From: Thermoleophilia bacterium | Lineage (GTDB): Bacteria > Actinomycetota > Thermoleophilia > RBG-16-64-13 | Direction of reading: 5' to 3' | NCBI GenBank assembly: GCA_040772905.1 | Contig: JAXGXJ010000005.1 | Coordinates: 207,048 to 271,047 of the forward strand | DNA: 64,000 nucleotides | Shown: positions 46,370 to 56,932 of the stretch, piece by piece | Layout of the letters: every line of letters begins with the position of its first letter | How positions within the stretch are numbered: the stretch's first letter is position 1 | Made by a program: the position numbers and the translations under genes | Notes under the pieces: generated by a model | Database searches by the model: none | Told to the model about the DNA's origin: nothing | Seen by the model: the letters and a program-made list of their open reading frames with translations, nothing else

Positions 46370-47014
46370 GTGAGTATGGAGGAGGCAGCAGGGGAACGCG
46401 CGTTCATCGGTTGGGCAGGGACCGAGTGCGTGGCCCATGGCACGCTGACGGAGGTCGCCCGGGCCGCAAAGCACGTCCTCGACAGCGACCGCACGGCGAC
46501 GGTGACGGTGATCGATGCCGAGACCGCCCAGACGGTGGACATAGACTTCAGCGGCACCCCCGACGAGGTGGTGGCACGCCTGCGGTCACGCCGTGCGCAG
46601 GGCGCGGACGGCCGCGGCCAGGCGGTCGACGCCGGCGGTGCGACATGGGCTGACTCCGGCCAGGCTCAGCCCCGTAGCCCGGGACGTCCTCGCCTGGGAG
46701 TGGTGGCGAGAGAGGTCACCCTGCTGCCGCGGCACTGGGAGTGGCTGAAAGCACAGCCGGGAGGAGCCTCGGTCACGCTGCGCAAGCTGGTGGAGGAGGC
46801 GCGACGGACGAGGGCGGGCGACGAACGGGCTCGTCAGGCACGCGACACGTGCTATGCCTTCCTGCAGAAGATAGCGGGCGACGAGCCCGGCTACGAAGAG
46901 GTGCTCCGCGCCCTCTACGCCGGCGACAAGACGCGCTTCGAGCAGCTGACGGAGGAATGGTCCCCCGACCTGTGCCATCATGCCCGGCGACTGGCGGAGG
47001 CGAGTTTCGAATGA
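46370..47014 (+). CDS. DUF2239 family protein
   Basis: PGRPRLGVVAREVTLLPRHWEWL..QPGGASVTLRKLVE, AGD.PGYEE..RALYA. Confidence 0.88.
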   Translation: MSMEEAAGERAFIGWAGTECVAHGTLTEVARAAKHVLDSDRTATVTVIDAETAQTVDIDFSGTPDEVVARLRSRRAQGADGRGQAVDAGGATWADSGQAQPRSPGRPRLGVVAREVTLLPRHWEWLKAQPGGASVTLRKLVEEARRTRAGDERARQARDTCYAFLQKIAGDEPGYEEVLRALYAGDKTRFEQLTEEWSPDLCHHARRLAEASFE

Positions 47015-47124
47015 CGGTGACGCGGGGGGGGGGGGGCCGCGCGGGGGGGGGGGCGCCCCCCCCCCGGCCCCGTCGATGTTCCGCTGCGGTGTCATCGAGC
47101 TCCAGGATATAGAATCGATTCGTC

Positions 47125-48339
47125 ATGGTCGCACATACTTTGCACGCGGCGCGGCCCGGTCTGCGGGTCTGGGCGCTCGAACCCTATTGTGGCGGGTCGC
47201 ACAAGCACTTCTTGCGTGGCTTGGCCCTGGCCTCTGAGCACGAGTTCAGGGTCTTCGCTCTCCCGGGGCGACACTGGAAATGGCGTATGCACGGGGGTGC
47301 GCTGGCGTTGGCGGCACAGACGGCGGAAGGACTTCGCGGGCGCCGCAGCGCTGAACAGCTCCGCCTTCCGGATGTGCTCTTCGTCTCCGACATGCTCGAC
47401 CTGCCCACGTTCCGCGGCTTGGCCGGGCCTCCTCTCGACCGTGTCCCGACACTGCTCTACTTCCACGAGAACCAACTCACGTACCCACTGCCCGAGGGGG
47501 TGGAGCGGGATCTGGGCTATGGCATGCGCAACCTGTTGTCGGCCGCAGCGGCGACGCGGGTGCTCTTCAACAGCGACTACCACCGGCTGGAGTTCCTCTC
47601 CGCCGCTGAAGAGCTGCTGGCCTCCCTGCCCGATGAAGTGCCGCCCGGGCTTCTCGACGGGGTGAGGGCGAAGTCGGGCGTGCTCCCGGTAGGCTGCGAC
47701 CTGCGCCGCTTCGACGAGCACCGCGAACGGGCGCTCGCCGAAGCGGCGCAAGGGCGGTGGGGGGACCCGGCACAGGGTCCGCTGCTGGTGTGGAATCAGC
47801 GCTGGGAGTACGACAAGGCCCCTGGTGCGCTGTTCGCCGGCGTGCGCGCCCTCAGGGAGAGGGGTGTGTCGTTCCGTCTGGCTGTGGCGGGATCGGGGGA
47901 AGGGGTGCCTACGCAGGAGTTCCTCCGTGCGCGAGAAGACCTGGCCGATCACATCGTCCACTGGGGTAGGGCGGCCAAGGATTCGGACTACGCTGCTCTG
48001 CTGTGGGCGGCGGACGTGGTGGTATCCACTGCCATACACGAGTTCTTCGGCATCGCCGTGGTCGAAGCCATCTACTGCGGCTGCCGTCCGGTCTTGCCGC
48101 GCCGCCTGAGTTACCCCGGACTCATCCCCCTCTCGGCGCATGATGACGTCCTCTATGGGGAAGGAGGACTGGTGGAGGCCCTGGTGAAGGCGCTCGACCG
48201 TCCCCACGCCTGGTCGGAGGAATGGCAGCGGACCTGGGTGGCCCGGTTCGATTGGGCTGCGCTGGGACCGCGCTACGACGCGGAGATCAGGCGCTGCCGG
48301 GATTCCGGGCTGGACGCGACGGCGTTGGGGAAGCGGTAG
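47125..48339 (+). CDS. DUF3524 / GTDC1-like GT4 glycosyltransferase
   Basis: EPY.GGSH, WKWRMHG, YFHENQLTYP, FNS.YH, RWEYDK, HEFFGIA..EA, RLSYP. Confidence 0.85.
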   Translation: MVAHTLHAARPGLRVWALEPYCGGSHKHFLRGLALASEHEFRVFALPGRHWKWRMHGGALALAAQTAEGLRGRRSAEQLRLPDVLFVSDMLDLPTFRGLAGPPLDRVPTLLYFHENQLTYPLPEGVERDLGYGMRNLLSAAAATRVLFNSDYHRLEFLSAAEELLASLPDEVPPGLLDGVRAKSGVLPVGCDLRRFDEHRERALAEAAQGRWGDPAQGPLLVWNQRWEYDKAPGALFAGVRALRERGVSFRLAVAGSGEGVPTQEFLRAREDLADHIVHWGRAAKDSDYAALLWAADVVVSTAIHEFFGIAVVEAIYCGCRPVLPRRLSYPGLIPLSAHDDVLYGEGGLVEALVKALDRPHAWSEEWQRTWVARFDWAALGPRYDAEIRRCRDSGLDATALGKR

Positions 48340-48376
48340 CATGAGACACGCGTGCTGACGTCGTGAAGGAGGGACG

Positions 48377-49741
48377 GTGGAGAGACTCGCCATCGACATA
48401 GAGCGGTGTACGAGCGGTGTGCTGGGCGAAGGCGGCCTCACCCCGGAGATGCTGGACGAGTTGCGGCCTCGGCTGAAGTACGCGCGCAAGAACGTCTTGC
48501 AGGCAGCTGGTTCGGGCATGTTGGGCTTCATGGAGTTGCCCGGCAAAGACCCGGGCCCCTTGCTGCGCTTCGCCGAGGATATCCATGGACGCTACGACGC
48601 GCTGCTGGTGATCGGCATCGGGGGCTCGGCCTTGGGTACCACGGCGTTGGCCACCGCGTTACTGCCCTTTTTTCGCAACGAGCTCTCAGCGGTGGAGCGG
48701 GGCGGGTACCCTCGTCTCTATGTGCTCGACAACGTCGACCCCGATGAGACCGAGGCTCTGTTCTCTCACCTCGACCTGACCAGGACCCTGGTGAACGTCA
48801 TCTCCAAGTCGGGGACCACGGGCGAATCCATGGCCTCGTATCTGCTGGTGCGCGAACGGCTGGAGAAGGCGGTGGGAGCCGGGCGGTTGCGTGACCATCT
48901 GGTCTTCACCACCGACCCGGCCAAGGGCACGCTGCGCAAGATAGGCACCTCCCTGGACGTGCCCATGTTCGACATACCCCCAGGGGTGGGAGGTCGTTTT
49001 TCGGTGCTCAGCGCGGTGGGGCTGCTGCCCGCGGCCCTCACAGGCATGGACGTGCGAGGCCTGCTCGACGGAGCGCAGGACATGGCCGAGTGGATCGGCC
49101 GCACCGATGGATGGGAGAACCCGGCTGCCGCGTTCGCGGGGGTGCAGTACCTCGAGGATGTGCGCTTCCAGCGACGGGTGAGCGTGATGATGCCCTACTC
49201 GGCGCGTCTGCGCGACGTAGCCGATTGGTATCGCCAGCTGTGGGCCGAGAGCCTGGGCAAGGAGGTCGACCGTCAGGGCCGTGCCGTGAACGTGGGGCCG
49301 ACGCCGGTGAAGTCCCTGGGCGTGACCGATCAGCACTCCCAGCTGCAGCTCTACGCCGAGGGGCCCGATGACAAGATCATCACCTTCTTGGGGGTGGGCG
49401 AGTTCGAGCACGAGCTGATCATCCCGGCGCCGGGCGCCGACGCCGAGGCGCTCGCCTATCTGGGCGGGCACTCGCTGGGCGGGTTGATGTGGGCCGAGCA
49501 GCGGGGCACCACCTGGGCTCTGGGGCAGAAAGGGCGTCCGTCGCTCACCATCACGCTGCCGCGGGTGGATGCCTTCCAGGTGGGCGCCTTGCTCTACCTG
49601 CTGGAGATCGCCACCGCCATCGCCGGTGAGCTCTACGATATCGATGCTTTCGACCAACCCGGGGTGGAACTCAGCAAGGAAGCCACCTATGCCCTCATGG
49701 GCCGACCCGGGTATGAGGCTTTGGCCCAGGAGATTGGGTAG
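48377..49741 (+). CDS. pgi: glucose-6-phosphate isomerase
   Basis: GIGGSALG, SKSGTT.E, VGGRFS, QLWAESLGK, DQHS, FDQPGVE. Confidence 0.93.
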   Translation: MERLAIDIERCTSGVLGEGGLTPEMLDELRPRLKYARKNVLQAAGSGMLGFMELPGKDPGPLLRFAEDIHGRYDALLVIGIGGSALGTTALATALLPFFRNELSAVERGGYPRLYVLDNVDPDETEALFSHLDLTRTLVNVISKSGTTGESMASYLLVRERLEKAVGAGRLRDHLVFTTDPAKGTLRKIGTSLDVPMFDIPPGVGGRFSVLSAVGLLPAALTGMDVRGLLDGAQDMAEWIGRTDGWENPAAAFAGVQYLEDVRFQRRVSVMMPYSARLRDVADWYRQLWAESLGKEVDRQGRAVNVGPTPVKSLGVTDQHSQLQLYAEGPDDKIITFLGVGEFEHELIIPAPGADAEALAYLGGHSLGGLMWAEQRGTTWALGQKGRPSLTITLPRVDAFQVGALLYLLEIATAIAGELYDIDAFDQPGVELSKEATYALMGRPGYEALAQEIG

Positions 49742-49827
49742 AAGGCTCGCGTAGGGCCGAGCTGCCGGTCGCATACGCGGTGCGGGCCCGCGCTGCAGAT
49801 GGAGCCGGCGGGCGCAGCCCCACCTAC

Positions 49828-49856
49828 TTGCGAACGAACATATGTTCGTATATGCT
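49828..49856 (+). promoter_or_regulatory. promoter with LexA (Cheo-type) SOS box in the spacer
   Basis: TTGCGA-17-TATGCT; palindrome ACGAACATATGTTCGT at 49834-49849. Confidence 0.88.
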
Positions 49857-49862
49857 GTCATC

Positions 49863-51107
49863 ATGTGCGGAGACAGGGAAAGCATCCGGCCGAGGGCTGA
49901 GCATCGCGTGGTGGCGCATCTCGATTTCGACGCGTTCTTCGCCGCGGTGGAGGAGAACCTCGACCCGTCGCTGCGAGGCAAGCCGGTCATCGTGGGGGGC
50001 GGCGAACGGGGCGTGGTGGCCACCGCCAACTACGTGGCCCGGCGCTACGGTGTGCACTCCGCCATGCCGCTTCGTACCGCCCACCGTCTGTGCCCGCACG
50101 GTGTCTACCTCAACGGGCATCACGGGTTGTATCGAGAGTACTCCCAGCGGCTCATGAACATCCTCGACCAGTATTCGCCGCTGGTTGAGCAGGTGAGTCT
50201 CGACGAAGCCTATGTGGACCTCACCGGCACCGAGCGTCTGTTCGGTCCGCCGGTGGAGACGGCGGCGCTCATCCAGAGGCGGGTGAAGGATGAGTTGGCG
50301 CTCAGCATCTCGGTGGGGGTGGCGAGCAACAAGCTGGTGGCCAAGGTGGCTTCCGACTATCGCAAGCCGGCCGGCTTCACTGTGGTGTCTGCTGGGGAGG
50401 AAGCCGCGTTCCTTGCGCCTCTTCCGGTGGAGCGCATCCCTGGGGTGGGTTCCGTGCTTTTGGCGCAACTCCATGACCGGGGGGTAGTGACCGTGGGAGA
50501 TCTGGCCCGTGTGCCCGCCCATCTGCTGCGGCTGTCGTTCGGGGAGTGGGGAGAGGTGCTGGCTCATCGCGCCCGGGGTGAGGATGTACGTCCGGTCACC
50601 CCGCATGAAGAGGTGAAGTCCATCTCCCGCGAGCACACCTTCGACGAAGATGTATCCGACGTGAGCCTGCTGGAATCGACCCTCGTCTCACTCACAGAAG
50701 ACGTATGCCGCCGTCTGCGGCACAAACGCCTGGAGGCACGTACGGTCACGGTGAAGATCCGCTACTCGGATTTTGTCACCCACACCTGTTCCCATACTCT
50801 GTCGCGTGCGTGCGATGTGGACGAGGTGTTCTTCGAAGAAGTGCTGGACCTCTTCCGCCAGGGGCGGCGCCGTCGCTATCACCTGCGCCTGCTGGGCGTG
50901 GGAGTGAGCAACCTGGTGCCGCGCATGTGGCAGGACGATCTCTTCGACCAGGAACTACCGCTTTTGCGCGAACTCGACCTGAAGCTCGATGCCATCCGGG
51001 CCAAGTATGGTCCCGGCGCGGTCCGGCGCGGGGCGGCCCTGCCCTCTCATTGGGTGGCGGCTTCGAACAATCGCACCTCCGAAAGGGCAGCGTCCTCCCA
51101 TATGTAA
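49863..51107 (+). CDS. dinB: DNA polymerase IV (Y family)
   Basis: HLDFDAFFAAVE, ANY.AR.YGV.SAM, SLDEAY.D, NKLVAK.AS. Confidence 0.93.
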   Translation: MCGDRESIRPRAEHRVVAHLDFDAFFAAVEENLDPSLRGKPVIVGGGERGVVATANYVARRYGVHSAMPLRTAHRLCPHGVYLNGHHGLYREYSQRLMNILDQYSPLVEQVSLDEAYVDLTGTERLFGPPVETAALIQRRVKDELALSISVGVASNKLVAKVASDYRKPAGFTVVSAGEEAAFLAPLPVERIPGVGSVLLAQLHDRGVVTVGDLARVPAHLLRLSFGEWGEVLAHRARGEDVRPVTPHEEVKSISREHTFDEDVSDVSLLESTLVSLTEDVCRRLRHKRLEARTVTVKIRYSDFVTHTCSHTLSRACDVDEVFFEEVLDLFRQGRRRRYHLRLLGVGVSNLVPRMWQDDLFDQELPLLRELDLKLDAIRAKYGPGAVRRGAALPSHWVAASNNRTSERAASSHM

Positions 51108-51724
51108 TCCGGATAGACGGAGAGGATGGTGAGCTTCAACCACTCCGTGGGCCGGGAGCGCGCGGTGATAGACTGGGGCTCCTTGCTGTCGTGCAGGTCG
51201 ATTATCTGTGTCGACCCGTAGGAATACTCCAGCTTGATCTGCTTCACTCGGATGTTGCCCTCGAAGCGCTCGTCGTCCGCCTGATAGCCGTTGAGGATCT
51301 CGATACGGGTGAGACTCACCGGCTCTAGGAAGTCGAATCGCACCCATTCACCTATGCCGGGCCCCTCGACGCCTTCGTTCCACGCGGTGGCGAGGTCCTC
51401 GTCCAAGAGGTTGGGCGCGCGGAAGTCCTGCGTGGAGGTGGGCTTGAGCGCCGACGAGGCCGATGCGGCCTGAGGTCTGATCGGACGCCCACGAGCTTGG
51501 GTGGTGCCCGTGCTCCCGGGTGACTGCCCCTCCTGGGCCATGGTCGTGGCGGTGGTGCCCGGGCGCCCCGCGAGAGGATCGAGTGACGGGGCCTCGGTGG
51601 TCATGGTGGTGCGGTACACGACGGCGCCCAGAGCGAAGACGGTGGCCAGCAGCAGCACGAACAAGGCGACGCCCAGAGCGGCGCTGGTGGCGGTGACGCG
51701 TCGTCTGCGGTATGCGGGGCTCAT
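51047..51724 (-). CDS. membrane-anchored discoidin / NADase-type glycan-binding domain protein
   Basis: N-terminal TM, Thr-rich linker, ASS...NLLD.D..TAW.EG..G.GIGEW, NGY, SEV. Confidence 0.75.
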   Translation of the reverse strand: MSPAYRRRRVTATSAALGVALFVLLLATVFALGAVVYRTTMTTEAPSLDPLAGRPGTTATTMAQEGQSPGSTGTTQARGRPIRPQAASASSALKPTSTQDFRAPNLLDEDLATAWNEGVEGPGIGEWVRFDFLEPVSLTRIEILNGYQADDERFEGNIRVKQIKLEYSYGSTQIIDLHDSKEPQSITARSRPTEWLKLTILSVYPDYIWEDAALSEVRLFEAATQ

Positions 51725-51879
51725 GTCCTCCAACCACTGGGCGGTATGGTCCGACTGTTCACGCCATTATTGCAGGAGATGGGTCGCACCCACAGTACAC
51801 CGTGTCCACCTGCTGAGCCCTCTGCGCCCTCTGGTAGAATCACAACGTCCGTCTCAGCCAGCCCACGTGGAGAGTAGCG

Positions 51880-52764
51880 ATGCCCGACGCCGATAGCATC
51901 AAGGAAAGCAAGCAGTACTACCTGGACATCCCCCCGCGCAAGGAAGCCTTCTTCGTCAAGGGAGCCAATGCGCTCGACTGGGGCATGCAGAACAGGCTCT
52001 CGCGCATCTTCCGGCCGGAGAGCGGCCGCACCGTCATGCTGGCCGTGGACCACGGCTATTTCCAGGGTCCCACCTCGGGACTGGAGCGGGTGGACGTCAA
52101 CATCCTGCCCATCGCTCCCTACGCCGACGCCCTCATGCTCACGCGCGGCATGTTGCGCACCACGGTGCCGCCCACCTACGAGCGCGGCGTGGTGGTCCGC
52201 GCCAGCGGCGGTCCCAGCGTGCTCAAGGATCTCTCCAACGAGCAGCTGGCGGTGGACATCGAAGATGCCGTGCGCATGAACGTATCCGCCCTGGCAGTGC
52301 AGGTGTTCATCGGGGGCGAGTGCGAGACGCAGTCCATCTACAACCTGACTCGTCTGGTCGACATGGGCAACCGCTACGGCATCCCCATCCTGGGGGTCAC
52401 CGCCGTGGGCAAAGACATGGCCCGCAACGCCCGCTACTTCCGCCTGGCCTGCCGCATCGCGGCCGAACTGGGCGCACACTTCGTCAAGACCTACTACGTG
52501 GAAGAGGAGTTCGAGACCATCACCGCTTCCTGCCCTGTGCCCATCGTCATGGCCGGCGGCAAGAAGCTGCCCGAGCTCGACGCCCTCACCATGGCCTACA
52601 AGGCTGTGAGCGAAGGCGCGGCCGGTGTGGATATGGGTCGCAACATCTTCCAGTCCGACGCACCCATCGCCATGATCCAGGCCGTCAACAAGGTCGTGCA
52701 CGAGAACATGAAGCCCGAGGACGCGTACGAGCTCTTCCAGACCCTCAGGGCCGAGCAGAAGTAG
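51880..52764 (+). CDS. lsrF: LsrF-type class I aldolase/thiolase
   Basis: [45 protein letters not shown]. Confidence 0.88.
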   Translation: MPDADSIKESKQYYLDIPPRKEAFFVKGANALDWGMQNRLSRIFRPESGRTVMLAVDHGYFQGPTSGLERVDVNILPIAPYADALMLTRGMLRTTVPPTYERGVVVRASGGPSVLKDLSNEQLAVDIEDAVRMNVSALAVQVFIGGECETQSIYNLTRLVDMGNRYGIPILGVTAVGKDMARNARYFRLACRIAAELGAHFVKTYYVEEEFETITASCPVPIVMAGGKKLPELDALTMAYKAVSEGAAGVDMGRNIFQSDAPIAMIQAVNKVVHENMKPEDAYELFQTLRAEQK

Positions 52765-52811
52765 GCTGCCGTGAGCCGAGCGGCGGAACGCGGAGCGGCT
52801 GAAGACGGGAC

Positions 52812-53576
52812 GTGGATGAGATCTCGGACGTCGCGGATGCGTGGCGGGCGGCCATGAGCGCTGCCCGCTCGGCCATCCTGCAACGTCTGCGCGCGCTGTG
52901 TCCGGCGCTGAGCGTGGGCGTGCTGAGCGCCGACCTCATGCGTCTCGGCGACGAGTTGTCCCGGCTGGAGCAGACCGGCGTGGGTGTGGCCCACGTGGAT
53001 GTCATGGACGGCTGCTTCTGCCCGGCACTCACCGTGGGTCCCGGCTTTGTGAAGGGGCTGCGGACGCCGCTGCTCAAAGACGTGCATCTCATGATCAGGG
53101 AGCCACTCGATGCGCTGCCCGACTACGCGGCGGCGGGTGCCGACATCATCACCGTGCAGGTGGAATCGGCTGTGCACATCCATCGTGTGTTGCAGCGCCT
53201 GGGCGGCCTGGAGAGTATCAACCACCCGGGTTCCCCGGTCGTGCGCGGGTTGGCGCTGGGTCCGGCCACGCCGCTGGAGTGGCTCACCGAGCCCCTCTTG
53301 GCCGAGGTGGACATGATCGTGGTGTTGGCGGTCGACCCGGGCTACAGCGGTCAGACCTTCGACGCTGCTGCGCCGGCGCGCGTGGCTCGGGTGAAGGAGA
53401 TCATCCGGAGCAGAGGCCGGGACATCCTCACCTGTATCGACGGCGGCGTCACGCGCGAGAACATCGGCATGGTGGCGGCGGCGGGGGCCGATCTGGTGGT
53501 CACCGGCAGTGCCGCCTTTGCCGACGGGGAGGTCGAGCGGAATATATCGGCTATGACGGCGGCGATCCGCGGCTAG
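52812..53576 (+). CDS. ribulose-phosphate 3-epimerase family (LsrE/SgcE-like); start uncertain
   Basis: HVDVMDG.F, DVHLM, V.PG..GQ, IDGGV, GSA. Confidence 0.82.
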   Translation: MDEISDVADAWRAAMSAARSAILQRLRALCPALSVGVLSADLMRLGDELSRLEQTGVGVAHVDVMDGCFCPALTVGPGFVKGLRTPLLKDVHLMIREPLDALPDYAAAGADIITVQVESAVHIHRVLQRLGGLESINHPGSPVVRGLALGPATPLEWLTEPLLAEVDMIVVLAVDPGYSGQTFDAAAPARVARVKEIIRSRGRDILTCIDGGVTRENIGMVAAAGADLVVTGSAAFADGEVERNISAMTAAIRG

Positions 53577-53604
53577 CGGACACGACGCGGGAGGCGGTCA
53601 GAGC

Positions 53605-55848
53605 ATGCGTTCCAGATGGTCCGACGACGAGGCGGCTGCGTTCGTCGCACGCTACGGTGACGAGTGGGGCGAAGATCTGGCTCTCCGCACCTACGCGTCT
53701 CGTCTTCTGGGCAGGGAACCTGCTCTGGTACTGCACGGGGGCGGCAACTCCTCGGTGAAGAGCTCGTGGCGGACCGTCCTGGGCGAGACGGTCGCCGCTC
53801 TTTTTGTCAAGGGCTCTGGTCTGGATATGGCGGTGATCGAGCCGGATGGGCATCCCGGACTCGATCTGACCTACCTTCGGCGGCTGCGGGCGTTGGCGGC
53901 ACTGGACGACGCGACGATGGTCGACCAACTGCGTACGCATCTGCTGCGTGCCGACAGTCCGACACCCTCCATCGAGGCCTTGGTCCACGCATTCCTGCCG
54001 CCTGTGTTCATCGATCACACTCACGCCGACGCTGTGCTTGCGCTCACCAACCGGGCTGGCGGAGAGACTCTGGCACAAGAGGCGCTGGGCGACAGAGTCA
54101 TCGTGCTGCCCTACCTGACTCCGGGGTTCGCCCTGGCGCAGGCCGCCGCCGAGGCTCTCGAGGAAAGGCCCGATGCCGAGGGCATGGTGTGGAGCTATCA
54201 CGGCGTGGTCTCCTGGGGTGAGACGGCGCGGGAGTCGTACGAGGCCATGATCGCTCTGGTGACCAAAGCGGAACGGTTCCTGGAAGAGCGGCGCGGCGCG
54301 CGCGCGCCGCGCCCGGCACAGCGTGCGGCGGACCATGCGGCTGCTGCTGAGGCCGGTGCGCCGTCACAGGCGGCTCTCATCGCGCCCGTGCTGCGCGGGC
54401 TCTTGGCCGCCCGCACGGGAGACTGCGAGCGCCCCTACGAGCGGGTAGTCCTCCTCTCGCTCACCGATGACGCCACTCTCGCGGCGCTGGAGGCCCCCGG
54501 GGCGCGGGACAACCTGGTGACCCCTCCGCTCACGACCGACCATCTCATCCGCACCAAGTCGTTGCCTCTCTGGGTGGAGGGGTCTCCTTTCTCAGAAGGC
54601 GAGGAGTCGCGCCTTCGGCTCGCAGAGCGTGTGGAGGAGTATTGCCGGCAGTACGAGGAGTATCTGGCTCGGCAGGCCGCCCATATGCCCGAAGGTGTCG
54701 AGCCCTTCGATTCGCGACCTCGAGTGGTGCTGGTCCCGGGTGTGGGGGCCTTCTGCGCAGGTCCCGACCTGCGCGAGGCAGCCATCGTGCGTGATATCAC
54801 CGCCCATACGCTCGCAGTGAAGACTCTGGTGGCCGAGACGGCCTCCGCCGGTGGCACGAGCGTGTCCGCCGCGTGCGTCGCGACGGACCGCTCCGACGGG
54901 GGTCCCCCGTACTGGGGGCTTCCCGAGAGCGACCTGTTCAAGATGGAGTACCGCACCTTGCAGCACGCCAAGTTGGCTCTGGGCGGGTCGGGCGAAGCGA
55001 ACCCGGCCGTGCGGGGGCCGTGGCCGGGCAGGCGCGACGCACTTCCTCTGCGTGGCCACGTGGCGCTGGTCACTGGTGCTGCCGGGGCCATCGGCACGGG
55101 CATCTGCACGGGACTGCTCCGGGCGGGCTGTCTGGTGGCTGCCACCGATCTGCCCGGTGAGCCGCTCGAGAGGCTGGTCGCCGACCTGGGGGCGGCCTAT
55201 CCGGATTCCATCACCGGCGTATCGCTCGACGTCACCGATCCGCGGTCGGTTGCGGCGGCGTTTTGCCGCGTGGCCGAGTTGTGGGGCGGCCTGGATCTGG
55301 TGGTACCCAACGCCGGCATCGCTGCCGTCGCCCCGCTCACCGAACTCGATCTGGGACGTTATCGCCGCTTGGAGCAGGTGAACGTGGAAGGCACTCTGAC
55401 CGTGCTCGCCGAAGCGGGGCGGTTCTTCCGGCGGCAGGGCATCGGGGGTGACATCGTGTTGGTGTCGACCAAGAACGTGTTCGCGCCGGGGGCGAACTTC
55501 GGCGCCTACAGTTCCACCAAAGCGGCGGCACATCAGTTGGCCCGCATCGCCAGCCTCGAGTTCGCCTGCGACGACGTGCGCGTCAACATGGTGGCGCCGG
55601 ACGCGGTCTTCTCGCACGGCGCCTGCCGCTCGGGTCTCTGGGCCGAGGTGGGCCCCGACCGCATGAAGGCCAGGGGGTTGGATGAGGCCGGTCTGGAATC
55701 GTACTACCAGAGCCGGAATCTGTTGAAGGCGCGTGTGACCGCGGAGCATGTGGCCAACGGGGTCGTCTTCTTCGCCACTCGCCAGACTCCCACCACGGGA
55801 GCCACCATCCCCATCGACGGTGGGTTGCCCGACTCCACTCCCCGCTAA
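53605..55848 (+). CDS. bifunctional class II aldolase / short-chain dehydrogenase
   Basis: GGGNSS.K, KGSG, PSIE..H, DHTHAD, DHLIRTK; [19 protein letters not shown]. Confidence 0.9.
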   Translation: MRSRWSDDEAAAFVARYGDEWGEDLALRTYASRLLGREPALVLHGGGNSSVKSSWRTVLGETVAALFVKGSGLDMAVIEPDGHPGLDLTYLRRLRALAALDDATMVDQLRTHLLRADSPTPSIEALVHAFLPPVFIDHTHADAVLALTNRAGGETLAQEALGDRVIVLPYLTPGFALAQAAAEALEERPDAEGMVWSYHGVVSWGETARESYEAMIALVTKAERFLEERRGARAPRPAQRAADHAAAAEAGAPSQAALIAPVLRGLLAARTGDCERPYERVVLLSLTDDATLAALEAPGARDNLVTPPLTTDHLIRTKSLPLWVEGSPFSEGEESRLRLAERVEEYCRQYEEYLARQAAHMPEGVEPFDSRPRVVLVPGVGAFCAGPDLREAAIVRDITAHTLAVKTLVAETASAGGTSVSAACVATDRSDGGPPYWGLPESDLFKMEYRTLQHAKLALGGSGEANPAVRGPWPGRRDALPLRGHVALVTGAAGAIGTGICTGLLRAGCLVAATDLPGEPLERLVADLGAAYPDSITGVSLDVTDPRSVAAAFCRVAELWGGLDLVVPNAGIAAVAPLTELDLGRYRRLEQVNVEGTLTVLAEAGRFFRRQGIGGDIVLVSTKNVFAPGANFGAYSSTKAAAHQLARIASLEFACDDVRVNMVAPDAVFSHGACRSGLWAEVGPDRMKARGLDEAGLESYYQSRNLLKARVTAEHVANGVVFFATRQTPTTGATIPIDGGLPDSTPR

Positions 55849-55858
55849 GGAGGACGCC

Positions 55859-56932
55859 ATGACACTGTCCCGGCCGGTGGATCTGCGCAGCGACACCGTC
55901 ACGAGGCCCAGCCCGGAGATGCGCCGGGTCATGGCCGAGGCGGAGGTGGGGGACGACGTCTACCGCGAGGACCCCACCGTCGAACGTCTGCAGGAGGCTG
56001 TCGCCGCTCTGCTGGCCAAGGAGGCGGCCCTGTTCGTGCCTTCCGGCACTATGAGCAACCAACTGTGTCTGCGGACGCTGACCCGCATCGGTGATGAGGT
56101 GATCGTGCATGAAGACGCGCATGTGCTCCACTACGAAGGAGGTTCGGCGGCGGCCTTGGCTGGGCTCCAGCTGCGGCCCCTGCCTGGAGCGCTGGGAGTG
56201 CTCGATGCGCTGTCCGTGGAAGCTGCGGTGCGTCCCGCGGGCGAGGGCTTCGCCCGCACAGGAGCGGTGGAGATGGAGAACACCCACAACCGCTGCGGCG
56301 GCACCATGTGGACCGTGGAGCAGATGCGGGCTGTGGCCGAGGTCGCGGCCCGTCATCGCATAGGCGTGCATCTGGACGGAGCCCGCATCTGGAACGCGCA
56401 CGTGGCGAGCGGGGTGTCGCCCGCCGACTACGCCGCTCATGCCGACAGCGTGTCGGTGTGCTTCTCGAAAGGACTGGGAGCGCCGGTGGGGTCGGCTCTG
56501 GCCGGGTCGCGCGCCTTCATCGAGGAAGCGCGTCTTCACCGCAAGCGGTACGGCGGGGCCATGCGCCAAGCCGGCATCATCGCCGCCGCCGCGCTCTACG
56601 CCCTGGAACACAACGTCCAGCGTTTGGCCGAAGACCATCAGAATGCGCAGGTCTTGGCCGATCTGCTGCGCACGGTCCCAGGCGTCGAGCTCATCCATCC
56701 GGTGCAGACCAACATCGTCATCGCCCGCGTGAGCGGCGCGGGCTTCACCGCGCAACAGGCTCTGCACACCCTGAAGCAGAACGGAGTACTGTGCGGCGCC
56801 TCGGGGCCCGACACCATCCGCTTCGTGACCCATCTGGACGTGGGCACGTCGGAGGTACGGGAGGCGGCCGAGACGGCTGCGCGTGTGCTGGCTGCGGGCC
56901 CGGCGGTGGGCGCGACGCAGAGGCCGGTGTGA
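55859..56932 (+). CDS. ltaE: low-specificity L-threonine aldolase
   Basis: [40 protein letters not shown]. Confidence 0.92.
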   Translation: MTLSRPVDLRSDTVTRPSPEMRRVMAEAEVGDDVYREDPTVERLQEAVAALLAKEAALFVPSGTMSNQLCLRTLTRIGDEVIVHEDAHVLHYEGGSAAALAGLQLRPLPGALGVLDALSVEAAVRPAGEGFARTGAVEMENTHNRCGGTMWTVEQMRAVAEVAARHRIGVHLDGARIWNAHVASGVSPADYAAHADSVSVCFSKGLGAPVGSALAGSRAFIEEARLHRKRYGGAMRQAGIIAAAALYALEHNVQRLAEDHQNAQVLADLLRTVPGVELIHPVQTNIVIARVSGAGFTAQQALHTLKQNGVLCGASGPDTIRFVTHLDVGTSEVREAAETAARVLAAGPAVGATQRPV

